Assembly (NCBI GenBank): GCA_019119145.1
Contig: DWXR01000048.1
Location: forward strand, 8,361 to 32,360
From: Candidatus Ruminococcus gallistercoris
GTDB lineage: Bacteria > Bacillota > Clostridia > Oscillospirales > Acutalibacteraceae
DNA: 24,000 bases
Reading direction: 5' to 3'
Made by a program: the position numbers and the translations under genes. Shown piece after piece: positions 16,249-24,000 of the stretch; position 1 is the first letter of the stretch; the number at the start of each line of letters is the position of its first letter. The notes beneath the pieces are model-generated. The model saw only the letters and a program-made list of their open reading frames with translations, was not told where the DNA came from and did not search any database.

Positions 16249-16276
16249 ACGGCTGCCCTGCGGCGGCCGTTTTTTT
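16249..16276 (+). terminator. intrinsic terminator ending the ydcF-pyr-phosphatase transcription unit
   Basis: ACGGCTGCC-ctgc-GGCGGCCGT (9 bp with one G-U pair) followed by TTTTTT. It is the first convincing terminator downstream of 10256. Confidence 0.8.
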
Positions 16277-16349
16277 AGCCGGCGGCCGGCGCAGCTGCGG
16301 TTTTCCCGCGGCGGCCGGCCGCAGCAACCGAAAAGGACAGGTGATTTTT

Positions 16350-16772
16350 ATGATTATTCTCGGCGTGGACCTCGGCAAGGCGCGCACCGGCGTCGCCGTG
16401 TGCGACAAAAGCGAAATGCTCGCGAGCCCGGTGGAGGTCGTTTACGAGCACAACCGCACGCGGCTCCTCGAGCGGGTTGCGGCGATCGCCAAAGCGCGCG
16501 GCGCGGAGCAGATCGTCGTCGGCCTGCCGCGCAACATGGACGGCAGCGAGGGGGAGAGCGCCCAGAACGCCCGCGCCTTCGGCGCACAGCTGCACGCGCT
16601 GTGCGGCCTGCCCGTCGATTTTTCCGACGAGCGCGGCACGACGGTCACGGCGCACAACTTCCTGAACGAGACGAACACGCGCGGAAAGCGGCGCAAAGCG
16701 GCGGTCGACGCGGTTGCGGCGACGATCATCCTGCAGGATTATCTCGACTTCCGACGGAACCGCAACCGATGA
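16350..16772 (+). CDS. ruvX: putative pre-16S rRNA nuclease / Holliday-junction-resolvase-like protein YqgF (RuvX)
   Basis: 140 aa from the ATG at 16350 (RBS AGGTGA): MIILGVDLGKARTGVAVCD...VVGLPRNMDGSEGE...DERGTTVTA...AVDAVAATIILQDYL. The track start at 16059 is an artefact. Confidence 0.88.
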   Translation: MIILGVDLGKARTGVAVCDKSEMLASPVEVVYEHNRTRLLERVAAIAKARGAEQIVVGLPRNMDGSEGESAQNARAFGAQLHALCGLPVDFSDERGTTVTAHNFLNETNTRGKRRKAAVDAVAATIILQDYLDFRRNRNR

Positions 16773-16788
16773 TTTCCACAAAAACAAG

Positions 16789-16817
16789 GTGGACAAAGAC
16801 GGCCCCGTGCGGTATAC
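16789..16817 (+). promoter_or_regulatory. candidate promoter TGGACA-17 nt-TATACT for the DegV gene
   Basis: TGGACA at 16789-16794 and TATACT at 16812-16817. Same architecture as the 1437..1465 element, including a shared GACGG in the spacer and a TATACTGA extension. Confidence 0.5.
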
Positions 16818-16872
16818 TGAAGAAAAAAGCGGCTCCGATACGGAAGAGCGCTACGGAAAGGATGGTAACGCG

Positions 16873-17742
16873 ATGAGATACAGAATAATTACGGATTCCA
16901 CGACGGATTTGACGCAGGAGATGATTGACGAGCTGGAGCTGACCGTGATCTCGCTGCGCTTCACGATCGATGGAAAGACATACAGGGACAAGGCGGACCA
17001 GTCGGAGATGCCGACGAAAACCTTTTACGCCAAGCTGCGCGACGGCAAGATGTCCACAACCACGCAGATCAATGTGGAGAAATTCACCTCCGTATTCGAA
17101 CCGTTCCTGCAAAACGGCGAGGATGTGCTGTACATCGGCTTTTCCAGCGGGCTTTCCGGCACGCTGCAGAGCGCCTGCATCGCCCGCGACGACCTGCAGG
17201 CGATGTATCCGGAGCGGAAGATCTATGTGTTCGACTCCCTCTCCGCCTCAATGGGCGAGGGGCTGCTCGTGTACCACGCGGCGATGCTCAAGCGCGGCGG
17301 TACGGACATCGACAGCCTGTACAAGTGGCTCGGCGAAAACGTGCTGAAGCTCTGCCACTGGTTTACGGTGAGCGACCTCAACCACCTCAAGCGCGGCGGC
17401 CGCGTCTCGACAACGGCGGCGCTCGTCGGCACGATGCTCGGCATCAAGCCCGTGCTGCATGTGGACGACGAGGGCCACCTGATCCCGGTCAGCAAGGTGC
17501 GCGGCCGCCGGCAGTCGCTCGACGCGCTCGTGCAGAAGATGGCGGAGACGGCGATCCATCCGGAGGAGCAGACGGTGTTCATCAGCCACGGCGACTGCCT
17601 GGAGGACGCACAGTACGTCGCGGAGCAGGTGCGCCGGAAATTCGGCGTGCAGGACATCCGCATCAATTACGTCGGCCCGGTCATCGGCGCGCATTCCGGT
17701 CCGGGCACGGTCGCGCTGTTCTTCATCGGCACGCAGCGCTGA
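16873..17742 (+). CDS. DegV-family fatty-acid-binding protein
   Basis: 289 aa from the ATG at 16873: MRYRIITDSTTDL...TTTQINVEKF...VLYIGFSSGLSGT...FDSLSASMGEG...LNHLKRGGR...ISHGDC. Confidence 0.88.
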   Translation: MRYRIITDSTTDLTQEMIDELELTVISLRFTIDGKTYRDKADQSEMPTKTFYAKLRDGKMSTTTQINVEKFTSVFEPFLQNGEDVLYIGFSSGLSGTLQSACIARDDLQAMYPERKIYVFDSLSASMGEGLLVYHAAMLKRGGTDIDSLYKWLGENVLKLCHWFTVSDLNHLKRGGRVSTTAALVGTMLGIKPVLHVDDEGHLIPVSKVRGRRQSLDALVQKMAETAIHPEEQTVFISHGDCLEDAQYVAEQVRRKFGVQDIRINYVGPVIGAHSGPGTVALFFIGTQR

Positions 17743-17761
17743 ACGCTTTGGGGAGGAAAGT

Positions 17762-19816
17762 ATGGGAAATCTTTTGGACGGAACGAAAATCGAGCTCGGG
17801 GTGTGCTATTACCCCGAGCACTGGGACAAAAGCCTCTGGCGCGACGATCTGCGCCGCATGCGGGAAAACGGCATCGGCGTGATCCGCGTGGCCGAGTTCT
17901 CGTGGAATCTCTTTGAGCCGGAGGAGGGCCGCTTTGACGACAGCTTCTGGGATGCGTTTCTCGACCTCGCCGCGGAATGCGGGATGCGGGTTATTTTCTG
18001 CACGCCGACGGCGACGCCGCCCGCGTGGATGACCGAGAAGTACCCGGAGGTTCTGAACTGCGACATCTACGGCCACCCGGTGCGGCACGGCATGCGCAAG
18101 CACCACAACATGACCTCGCCCACGTACCTCGGCTTTGTCCGCCGCGTGACCGAGCACATCGCGCAGCACTACAGCGCGCACCCGGCGGTCATCGGCTGGC
18201 AGATCGACAACGAGGTGAACTGCGAGACGGCGAGCTACCACGCCGAAAGCGACCACGCGGCGTTCCGCGCCTACCTGCGCGAAAAGTACGGCACGCTCGA
18301 GAATCTGAACCGCGCGATGGGCACGGTGTTCTGGAACCAGACGTACACGAGCTGGGACGAGATCCACCTCTCGCGCTACACGCTGGCGAATTCCTCGAAT
18401 CCGCACATGATGCTCGAGGAGCGCCGGTTCATCTCCGAGGCGGCGATCCGCTACATCGGCCTGCAGGCGGAGATCCTGAAAAAATACAGGCGGCCGGAGC
18501 AGTTCATCACGACGAACGGCATTTTCGGCGTGCTCGACAACCACCGCCTGACGCGCGAGCACCTCGACTTCATGACGTACGACAGCTACCCGAACTTTGC
18601 GTTCGGCCTCGACACGTCGAAGCTCGCGCCGGAATCGCTGCGCGACCGCGAGACCTCGTACAACCTCATCCGGACGCGCAGCATCTCGCCGCGCTTCGGC
18701 ATCATGGAGCAGCAGTCCGGCCCCGGCGGCTGGAACACGCGCATGATCCAGCCGGCGCCGAAGCCCGGCCAGCTGCGGCTGTGGACGTTCCAGTCCGTCG
18801 CGCACGGCGCGGATTTCGTCAGCTACTTCCGCTGGCGCACCTGCGCGTTCGGCACGGAAATGTACTGGCACGGCCTTTTGAACTACGACAACCGCGACAA
18901 CCGCCGCCTCGCGGAGCTGCGGCGCACGCACGAGGACCTCGGGAAGATCCAGTGCGCCGCCGGCGCGAAATATGCGGCGAAGGTCGCCGTGCTCTGCGAC
19001 TACGACAACGAGTGGGACGGCATCGAGGACAAGTGGCACGGCCCGCTGCGCGGCCGCAGCATGGACGCGCTTTTCAAGGCGCTGCAGCGCGCGCATATCC
19101 CGTTTGATTTCGTCAATATCGACGACGCGGGCACCTCGGCGCCGCTCGGCGGCTACGACGCGGTGTTTTACCCGCACCCGACGATCATCACCGAAGCGCG
19201 CACGGCGCAGCTCGAGGCGTACGTGCAGGCGGGCGGCCGCCTCGTGATCGGCTGCCGCGCGGGCTACAAGGACATCAACGGCCAGTGCCCGATGACGCCG
19301 ATGCCCGGCCTGCTCGCAAAGCTCACGGGCTGCACGGTCGAGGAGTTCACGTTCCTCGGCCCGGCCGACGCGCCGGAGTCGATCTGGTGGGGCGACGAGA
19401 GCGTGCCCGCGCCGGACTTCAACGACGTGCTGCATCCCGAGACGGCGGCCTGCGCGGTGCTCGGCACATATGCAGGCAATTACTACGACGGAAAGCCCGG
19501 CCTGACGGCGCATCCGTTCGGCAGCGGCACAGTCTATGCGTTCGGCGCCGTGTTCACCGAGGCGGCGGTGCGCCGCTTTACGGAGCTGCTCGGCGTTTCC
19601 TGCCCGGAGGCGGGCCTCGAGCTGCCGGAGGGCGTGGAGCTCGCCGCCCGCGAACAGCCGGACGGCAGGCGCTTCGTGTTCCTATTGAACTATCTGGCGC
19701 AGCCGCAGACGATCCGCCTGCACGGCGCCGCGTACCGCGACCTTTTGACCGGCCGCACGCTCGCGGAGACGGAAACGCTCGAACCCTACGGCGTTCTGGT
19801 TTTGGAAAGCCTCTGA
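17762..19816 (+). CDS. glycoside hydrolase family 42 beta-galactosidase
   Basis: 684 aa, RBS GGGGAGGAAAG. Contains GVCYYPEHW, VAEFSWNLFEPEEG, GWQIDNE (acid/base Glu) and IMEQQSGPGGWN (nucleophile Glu). Confidence 0.9.
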   Translation: MGNLLDGTKIELGVCYYPEHWDKSLWRDDLRRMRENGIGVIRVAEFSWNLFEPEEGRFDDSFWDAFLDLAAECGMRVIFCTPTATPPAWMTEKYPEVLNCDIYGHPVRHGMRKHHNMTSPTYLGFVRRVTEHIAQHYSAHPAVIGWQIDNEVNCETASYHAESDHAAFRAYLREKYGTLENLNRAMGTVFWNQTYTSWDEIHLSRYTLANSSNPHMMLEERRFISEAAIRYIGLQAEILKKYRRPEQFITTNGIFGVLDNHRLTREHLDFMTYDSYPNFAFGLDTSKLAPESLRDRETSYNLIRTRSISPRFGIMEQQSGPGGWNTRMIQPAPKPGQLRLWTFQSVAHGADFVSYFRWRTCAFGTEMYWHGLLNYDNRDNRRLAELRRTHEDLGKIQCAAGAKYAAKVAVLCDYDNEWDGIEDKWHGPLRGRSMDALFKALQRAHIPFDFVNIDDAGTSAPLGGYDAVFYPHPTIITEARTAQLEAYVQAGGRLVIGCRAGYKDINGQCPMTPMPGLLAKLTGCTVEEFTFLGPADAPESIWWGDESVPAPDFNDVLHPETAACAVLGTYAGNYYDGKPGLTAHPFGSGTVYAFGAVFTEAAVRRFTELLGVSCPEAGLELPEGVELAAREQPDGRRFVFLLNYLAQPQTIRLHGAAYRDLLTGRTLAETETLEPYGVLVLESL

Positions 19817-19865
19817 TTCTTTTGGTTTGGCGGATTGCCGAAAACTTTTGAGAGGATGATGCAAG

Positions 19866-20504
19866 ATGAGAGAAGAAGAAAAGATTTTTGCCGGCCAGGT
19901 GTTCTGGCCGGGTCATCCGGACCTCGTGGCGATCAAGCTGCGCTGCCACAATCTCTGCACAGAGTACAACCGCACGTTTGAGGACGAAAAGGAAAAGCGC
20001 GCGGAGATCGTGCAGCAGATTTTCGGCGTATTTGGAGAAGGGTCTTTCGTGCAGGGGCCGCTGCAGATTCACTACGGCGTGCACACGAAAATCGGCCGAA
20101 ACTTTTTCGGCAATTTCAACCTGACGATTCAGGACGATGCGCCGGTCACGATCGGCGACCGCTGCAATTTTGGCCCGAATGTCACGATTGTGACGCCGCA
20201 GCACCCGCTTTTGCCGGACGAGCGCCGTGCGCTGAAGACGAAAGACGGCAGGGAGATCCGTGTCTGCTATGCACAGCCGGTTACAATCGGCAACGACTGC
20301 TGGCTTGGTGCAAATGTCGTCGTGTGTCCCGGTGTAACGATCGGCGACAACTGCGTGATCGGTGCCGGCAGTGTGGTCACAAAGGATATTCCGGCGAACA
20401 GCATTGCGGTCGGCAATCCGTGCCGTGTGCTGCGTACGCTCAGCGATGCGGACAGCATGAAGCATATGCCCGAGCGTCTCACGGAAGAAGAATTCGTTTT
20501 CTGA
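19866..20504 (+). CDS. sugar O-acetyltransferase of the maltose/galactoside acetyltransferase (Maa/LacA) hexapeptide-repeat family
   Basis: 212 aa. Has the N-terminal Mac-type region (EKIFAGQVF...LCTEYNRT) and left-handed beta-helix repeats (IGDRCNFGPNVTI, IGNDCWLGANVVV, IGDNCVIGAGSVV). Confidence 0.85.
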   Translation: MREEEKIFAGQVFWPGHPDLVAIKLRCHNLCTEYNRTFEDEKEKRAEIVQQIFGVFGEGSFVQGPLQIHYGVHTKIGRNFFGNFNLTIQDDAPVTIGDRCNFGPNVTIVTPQHPLLPDERRALKTKDGREIRVCYAQPVTIGNDCWLGANVVVCPGVTIGDNCVIGAGSVVTKDIPANSIAVGNPCRVLRTLSDADSMKHMPERLTEEEFVF

Positions 20505-20542
20505 GACAGCCGCGCGTTCTGGACGAGCTGTTCTGAACGGCG

Positions 20543-20597
20543 CGTCCAAGCAAAACGCCAGTACATTCCGTTTATACCGGAAAGCGCTGGCGTTTTT
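20543..20597 (+). terminator. intrinsic terminator after the GH42/acetyltransferase pair
   Basis: AACGCCAG ... CTGGCGTT outer stem with an inner TTCCG/CGGAA hairpin, followed by TTTTTTTTCTTTTT. Confidence 0.8.
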
Positions 20598-20671
20598 TTT
20601 CTTTTTCCTTGTCGGGCGCGCGCTGCTCAAAGACAGCGGCTGGGCCAGACGGGCCGTCGCGCAGATGCAAT

Positions 20672-20706
20672 GAGAAAGAGCAGGCACGGTTTGTGCCTGC
20701 TCTTTT
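20672..20706 (-). terminator. stem-loop terminator downstream of the Gfo/Idh/MocA gene (usable in either direction)
   Basis: AGAGCAGGCAC-ggttt-GTGCCTGCTCT, an 11-bp perfect stem. TTTCTCATT follows on the minus strand and TTTTG on the plus strand. It lies 18 nt after the stop at 20724. Confidence 0.65.
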
Positions 20707-20723
20707 GCAGCTTGTACGGGGAT

Positions 20724-21773
20724 TTAGAAGTAAACGACCTGGTTCTTTTCGGCGCTCTCGAAGATGGCCTCCATCAGGCGCATCAGCTCGCGCTGCTGGT
20801 CGTGTGTGACGATCGGCTCGGCCTCGCCGTTCACGACGGCCGCGATGTTGCGGTAGTAGTCGTGGATGTCGGAATCGATGCGCTCGAGCGGGTACTCGCG
20901 GATCGTCTCCGGCGTGCGGGGCGCCATCGTCTTCGTCAGGCCGGCGGCCGTGACGATCGGCACCGCGTCGTGCTCTTCGTCGCTCGTCGCAACGACGATC
21001 TTGCCGTTGATGTCCCAGTCCTCGATGACGGCGCTGCCGTTCAGGCCGAGGATGTACCAGCGCGGCAGGTTGATGAAGTTGCTCGTGCCGACTTCAACGG
21101 TGAACTTCACGCCGTTGTCGAACAGGAAGACCGCAGTGAAGCCGTCATCGACCTCCTCGTTCGTGACGTTCGAGAGCGTCGCGTAGACGGAAACCGGCAT
21201 TTTGCCCATCATCATGTTCATCTGGTCGAGCAGGTGAACGCCCCAGTCGAGCACCATGCCGCCGCCCTGCGCCTTCGTGTTGCGCCAGTCGCCCGGGATG
21301 CCGCGCGAGCCGTGCACACGGGACTCGATGCTGAAGATGCGGCCCATCTTGTCGGATTCGTAGATCGCCTTCGCAATGCGGAAGTCCTCGTCCCAGCGGC
21401 GGTTCTGATGCACCGTGAAGCATACGCCGCAGCGGTTCGCCGCCGCGATCATCTCCTCAAGGTCTGCGGTGCAGAGCGTGACCGGCTTCTCGCTGATGAC
21501 GAGCTTTCCGGCCTCCATGGCCTGGATGCAGACGGGCTTGTGCTGGTCGTTCGGGATCGCGACGGTCACGGCGTCGACCGTGTCGTCTGCGAGCAGCGCC
21601 TCGAGCGAGGGATATGCCTTGATGCCGTTTGCTTCGGCGGCGGCGTTGCGCTCGGGCAGGATGTCGTACACGCCGGCAAGCTCCACAACGCCCGGGATCT
21701 CCTGCAGGCGCTTCGTGTGCCAGCCGCCCATGCCGCCGTAACCGATGACGGCGACTCTTACAACTTTGGACAT
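20724..21773 (-). CDS. Gfo/Idh/MocA family NAD(P)-dependent oxidoreductase
   Basis: 349 aa from the ATG at 21773: MSKVVRVAVIGYGGMGGWH (Rossmann GxGxxG) ... AVTVAIPNDQHKPVCIQAMEAGKLVISEKP (the family EKP motif). Confidence 0.85.
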   Translation of the reverse strand: MSKVVRVAVIGYGGMGGWHTKRLQEIPGVVELAGVYDILPERNAAAEANGIKAYPSLEALLADDTVDAVTVAIPNDQHKPVCIQAMEAGKLVISEKPVTLCTADLEEMIAAANRCGVCFTVHQNRRWDEDFRIAKAIYESDKMGRIFSIESRVHGSRGIPGDWRNTKAQGGGMVLDWGVHLLDQMNMMMGKMPVSVYATLSNVTNEEVDDGFTAVFLFDNGVKFTVEVGTSNFINLPRWYILGLNGSAVIEDWDINGKIVVATSDEEHDAVPIVTAAGLTKTMAPRTPETIREYPLERIDSDIHDYYRNIAAVVNGEAEPIVTHDQQRELMRLMEAIFESAEKNQVVYF

Positions 21774-21834
21774 AATCGTGATACTCCTCTCTGAAAATAA
21801 ACACACACGGCACGTTCGCCGTTAATCTGACACC

Positions 21835-21862
21835 ATTATAGCGGATTAAAGCGAAATTGCAA
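21835..21862 (-). promoter_or_regulatory. candidate promoter TTGCAA-16 nt-TATAAT for the Gfo/Idh/MocA gene
   Basis: Forward attata at 21835-21840 and ttgcaa at 21857-21862, about 60 nt upstream of the ATG at 21773. Confidence 0.55.
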
Positions 21863-21867
21863 GACCT

Positions 21868-21889
21868 TTCACCGAATATTCACGAATTA
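21868..21889. repeat. tandem 11-bp direct repeat TTCACCGAATA / TTCACGAATTA abutting the -35 of the oxidoreductase promoter; candidate activator site
   Basis: Read directly from the sequence. The repeat period of 11 bp is about one helical turn. The junction also contains the 8-bp palindrome GAATATTC (21874-21881). Confidence 0.3.
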
Positions 21890-21975
21890 TTTTTGCGGGA
21901 TATGACAGCACGGCTGAACGGTCGTGCGGCTTGGGCGCCCATGCTGGCAGGATAATGAAAGTAAGAACGCTTTGC

Positions 21976-22004
21976 TTGACACATCTGCGCTGCGGTGATA
22001 GAAT
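21976..22004 (+). promoter_or_regulatory. near-consensus promoter TTGACA-17 nt-(TGa)TAGAAT for the alpha/beta hydrolase gene
   Basis: TTGACA at 21976-21981; TAGAAT at 21999-22004 preceded by TGa (extended -10). The ATG at 22047 follows GGGAGGG. Confidence 0.7.
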
Positions 22005-22046
22005 CGGGAAAAAGTTTTACTTGGAGACGAAGCGGGAGGGCTTACA

Positions 22047-22823
22047 ATGAAAGTAGTGGAGTATGGAGAGAAACAGCCGCAGGTGGTTCTGTTGCTGCAC
22101 GGTGGCGGGCTTTCCTGGTGGAGCTACCGGGAGGTAGCCCACCGCCTGCAGGCGCATTACCACGTCGTTCTTCCGGTTTTGGACGGACATGCAGAGAGCG
22201 GCGTACCCTTTGTTTCTATCGAGGAAAATGCAGCAAGATTGATCTGCTATATCGAAGAGCGCTTTGGCGGCGCGGTGCTGGCGGCCGCCGGTCTTTCTCT
22301 GGGCGGTCAGATTCTTGCTGAAATGTTGGCCGAAAGAAAGTGGATTTGCCAATATGCGGTGCTTGAAAGCGCACTGGTTGTCCCGATGCGGATGACGGGC
22401 GCATGTGTTGGCCCGATTGTCCGAGCCAGCTACGGCCTGATTCGGAAGATGTGGTTTGCAAAAATGCAGGCCAGGGCATTAGGCATACCGGAGTCGATGT
22501 TTGCGGATTATTACAGGGATACCTGCGCTTTGCGTGAAACGGATATGATTCGCTTTATGCAGGCAAATGCAGGATACCAAATGAAAGAAGGTCTTGCGGA
22601 CACATCGGCCCGAGTGCTTGTTGTTGCGGGCGGAAAAGAGAGGCGGGAAATACGGCGTTCGGCACTGCTGCTGCACAGTGCAATTCCGAACAGTCGGCTA
22701 TGGATTCCTGCGCATTATAAGCACGGCGCCTGCAGCCTCCGTCATCCGCAGCTCTACGCTGAGACGCTCCACGCATGGATAGAAGGTGGCGTTTTGCCGA
22801 AGGTAGGAGAGACGGAGATATAA
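22047..22823 (+). CDS. alpha/beta-fold hydrolase (serine hydrolase, unknown substrate)
   Basis: 258 aa. Oxyanion-type LLLHGGG, nucleophile elbow GLSLGG, and a late His (YKHGACSL). Its codon usage is visibly different from its neighbours. Confidence 0.75.
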   Translation: MKVVEYGEKQPQVVLLLHGGGLSWWSYREVAHRLQAHYHVVLPVLDGHAESGVPFVSIEENAARLICYIEERFGGAVLAAAGLSLGGQILAEMLAERKWICQYAVLESALVVPMRMTGACVGPIVRASYGLIRKMWFAKMQARALGIPESMFADYYRDTCALRETDMIRFMQANAGYQMKEGLADTSARVLVVAGGKERREIRRSALLLHSAIPNSRLWIPAHYKHGACSLRHPQLYAETLHAWIEGGVLPKVGETEI

Positions 22824-22864
22824 GACCGCGCCTGCGTCCATATGCGGAATAAAGGGGGGCCTCG

Positions 22865-22892
22865 CGGATGGGAATTCTTGCCCGTCCGTTTG
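22865..22892 (+). terminator. possible weak terminator after the hydrolase gene
   Basis: CGGATGGG-aattcttg-CCCGTCCG (8 bp with one G-U pair) followed only by TTTG. Confidence 0.3.
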
Positions 22893-22920
22893 CAAATCCT
22901 GCCGGAAAAGGGGCGCGCCC

Positions 22921-22949
22921 TTGCGTTTTGCCGGCCGGTGTGCTACGAT
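22921..22949 (+). promoter_or_regulatory. candidate promoter TTGCGT-17 nt-(TGc)TACGAT for uxuA
   Basis: TTGCGT at 22921-22926 and TACGAT at 22944-22949 with TGc upstream. The palindrome AACGA-T-TCGTT (22959-22969) sits between the -10 and the RBS. Confidence 0.45.
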
Positions 22950-22989
22950 AAACAAAATAACGATTCGTTTTGGGAGGATGGATCCGATC

Positions 22990-24000
<1,011 letters not shown>

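Noticed and set aside
17723-19513. 596-aa minus-strand ORF opposite the GH42 gene
   Set aside because: Antisense artefact of high GC. The + strand frame carries all the GH42 catalytic motifs.
20670-21794. 374-aa + strand ORF opposite the Gfo/Idh/MocA gene
   Set aside because: Antisense artefact. The minus frame has the Rossmann GxGxxG and EKP motifs, and the + frame crosses a terminator hairpin.

Overview
This is a visibly GC-rich chromosomal segment (GC judged by eye, not computed). GGAGG-type ribosome-binding sites, stem-loop/U-tract terminators and gene content (DegV, LCP, PyrK/PyrD-type DHODH, PFL) suggest a Clostridia-like Firmicute; that assignment is inference. I support 20 protein-coding genes. 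Two of them are open at the window edges and so are missing from the ORF track: a DUF1538 membrane protein (1..1277, minus) and uxuA (22990..24000, plus). In order, the genes are: DUF1538 membrane protein (-), MBL-fold hydrolase (+), pflA and pflB (-), a stand-alone AsrC-like siroheme sulfite-reductase-family protein (-), an SH3b lipoprotein (+), an LCP-family protein (+), an HD phosphohydrolase (+), a run with no terminator that I could see, ydcF-like/pyrC/pyrF/pyrK/pyrD plus two tandem histidine-phosphatase paralogs (+), ruvX (+), a DegV protein (+), GH42 beta-galactosidase plus a sugar O-acetyltransferase (+), a Gfo/Idh/MocA oxidoreductase (-), a lower-GC alpha/beta hydrolase (+), and uxuA (+). 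The clearest non-coding element is a ZTP (pfl-motif) riboswitch with its own terminator, sitting between a near-consensus promoter and pflB. I saw no rRNA, tRNA, CRISPR array, transposase/integrase or recognisable defence or toxin-antitoxin module. I did not find convincing evidence of a new multi-gene system. The window reads as core metabolism plus a small carbohydrate-utilisation mosaic. The observations most worth follow-up are the ZTP-controlled pflBA unit, the mosaic tandem RHC-type phosphatase pair attached to a partial pyr operon, the orphan AsrC-like reductase, the compositionally atypical hydrolase gene, and a few candidate operator repeats. Most long ORFs in the track are antisense or alternate-frame artefacts of high GC content.
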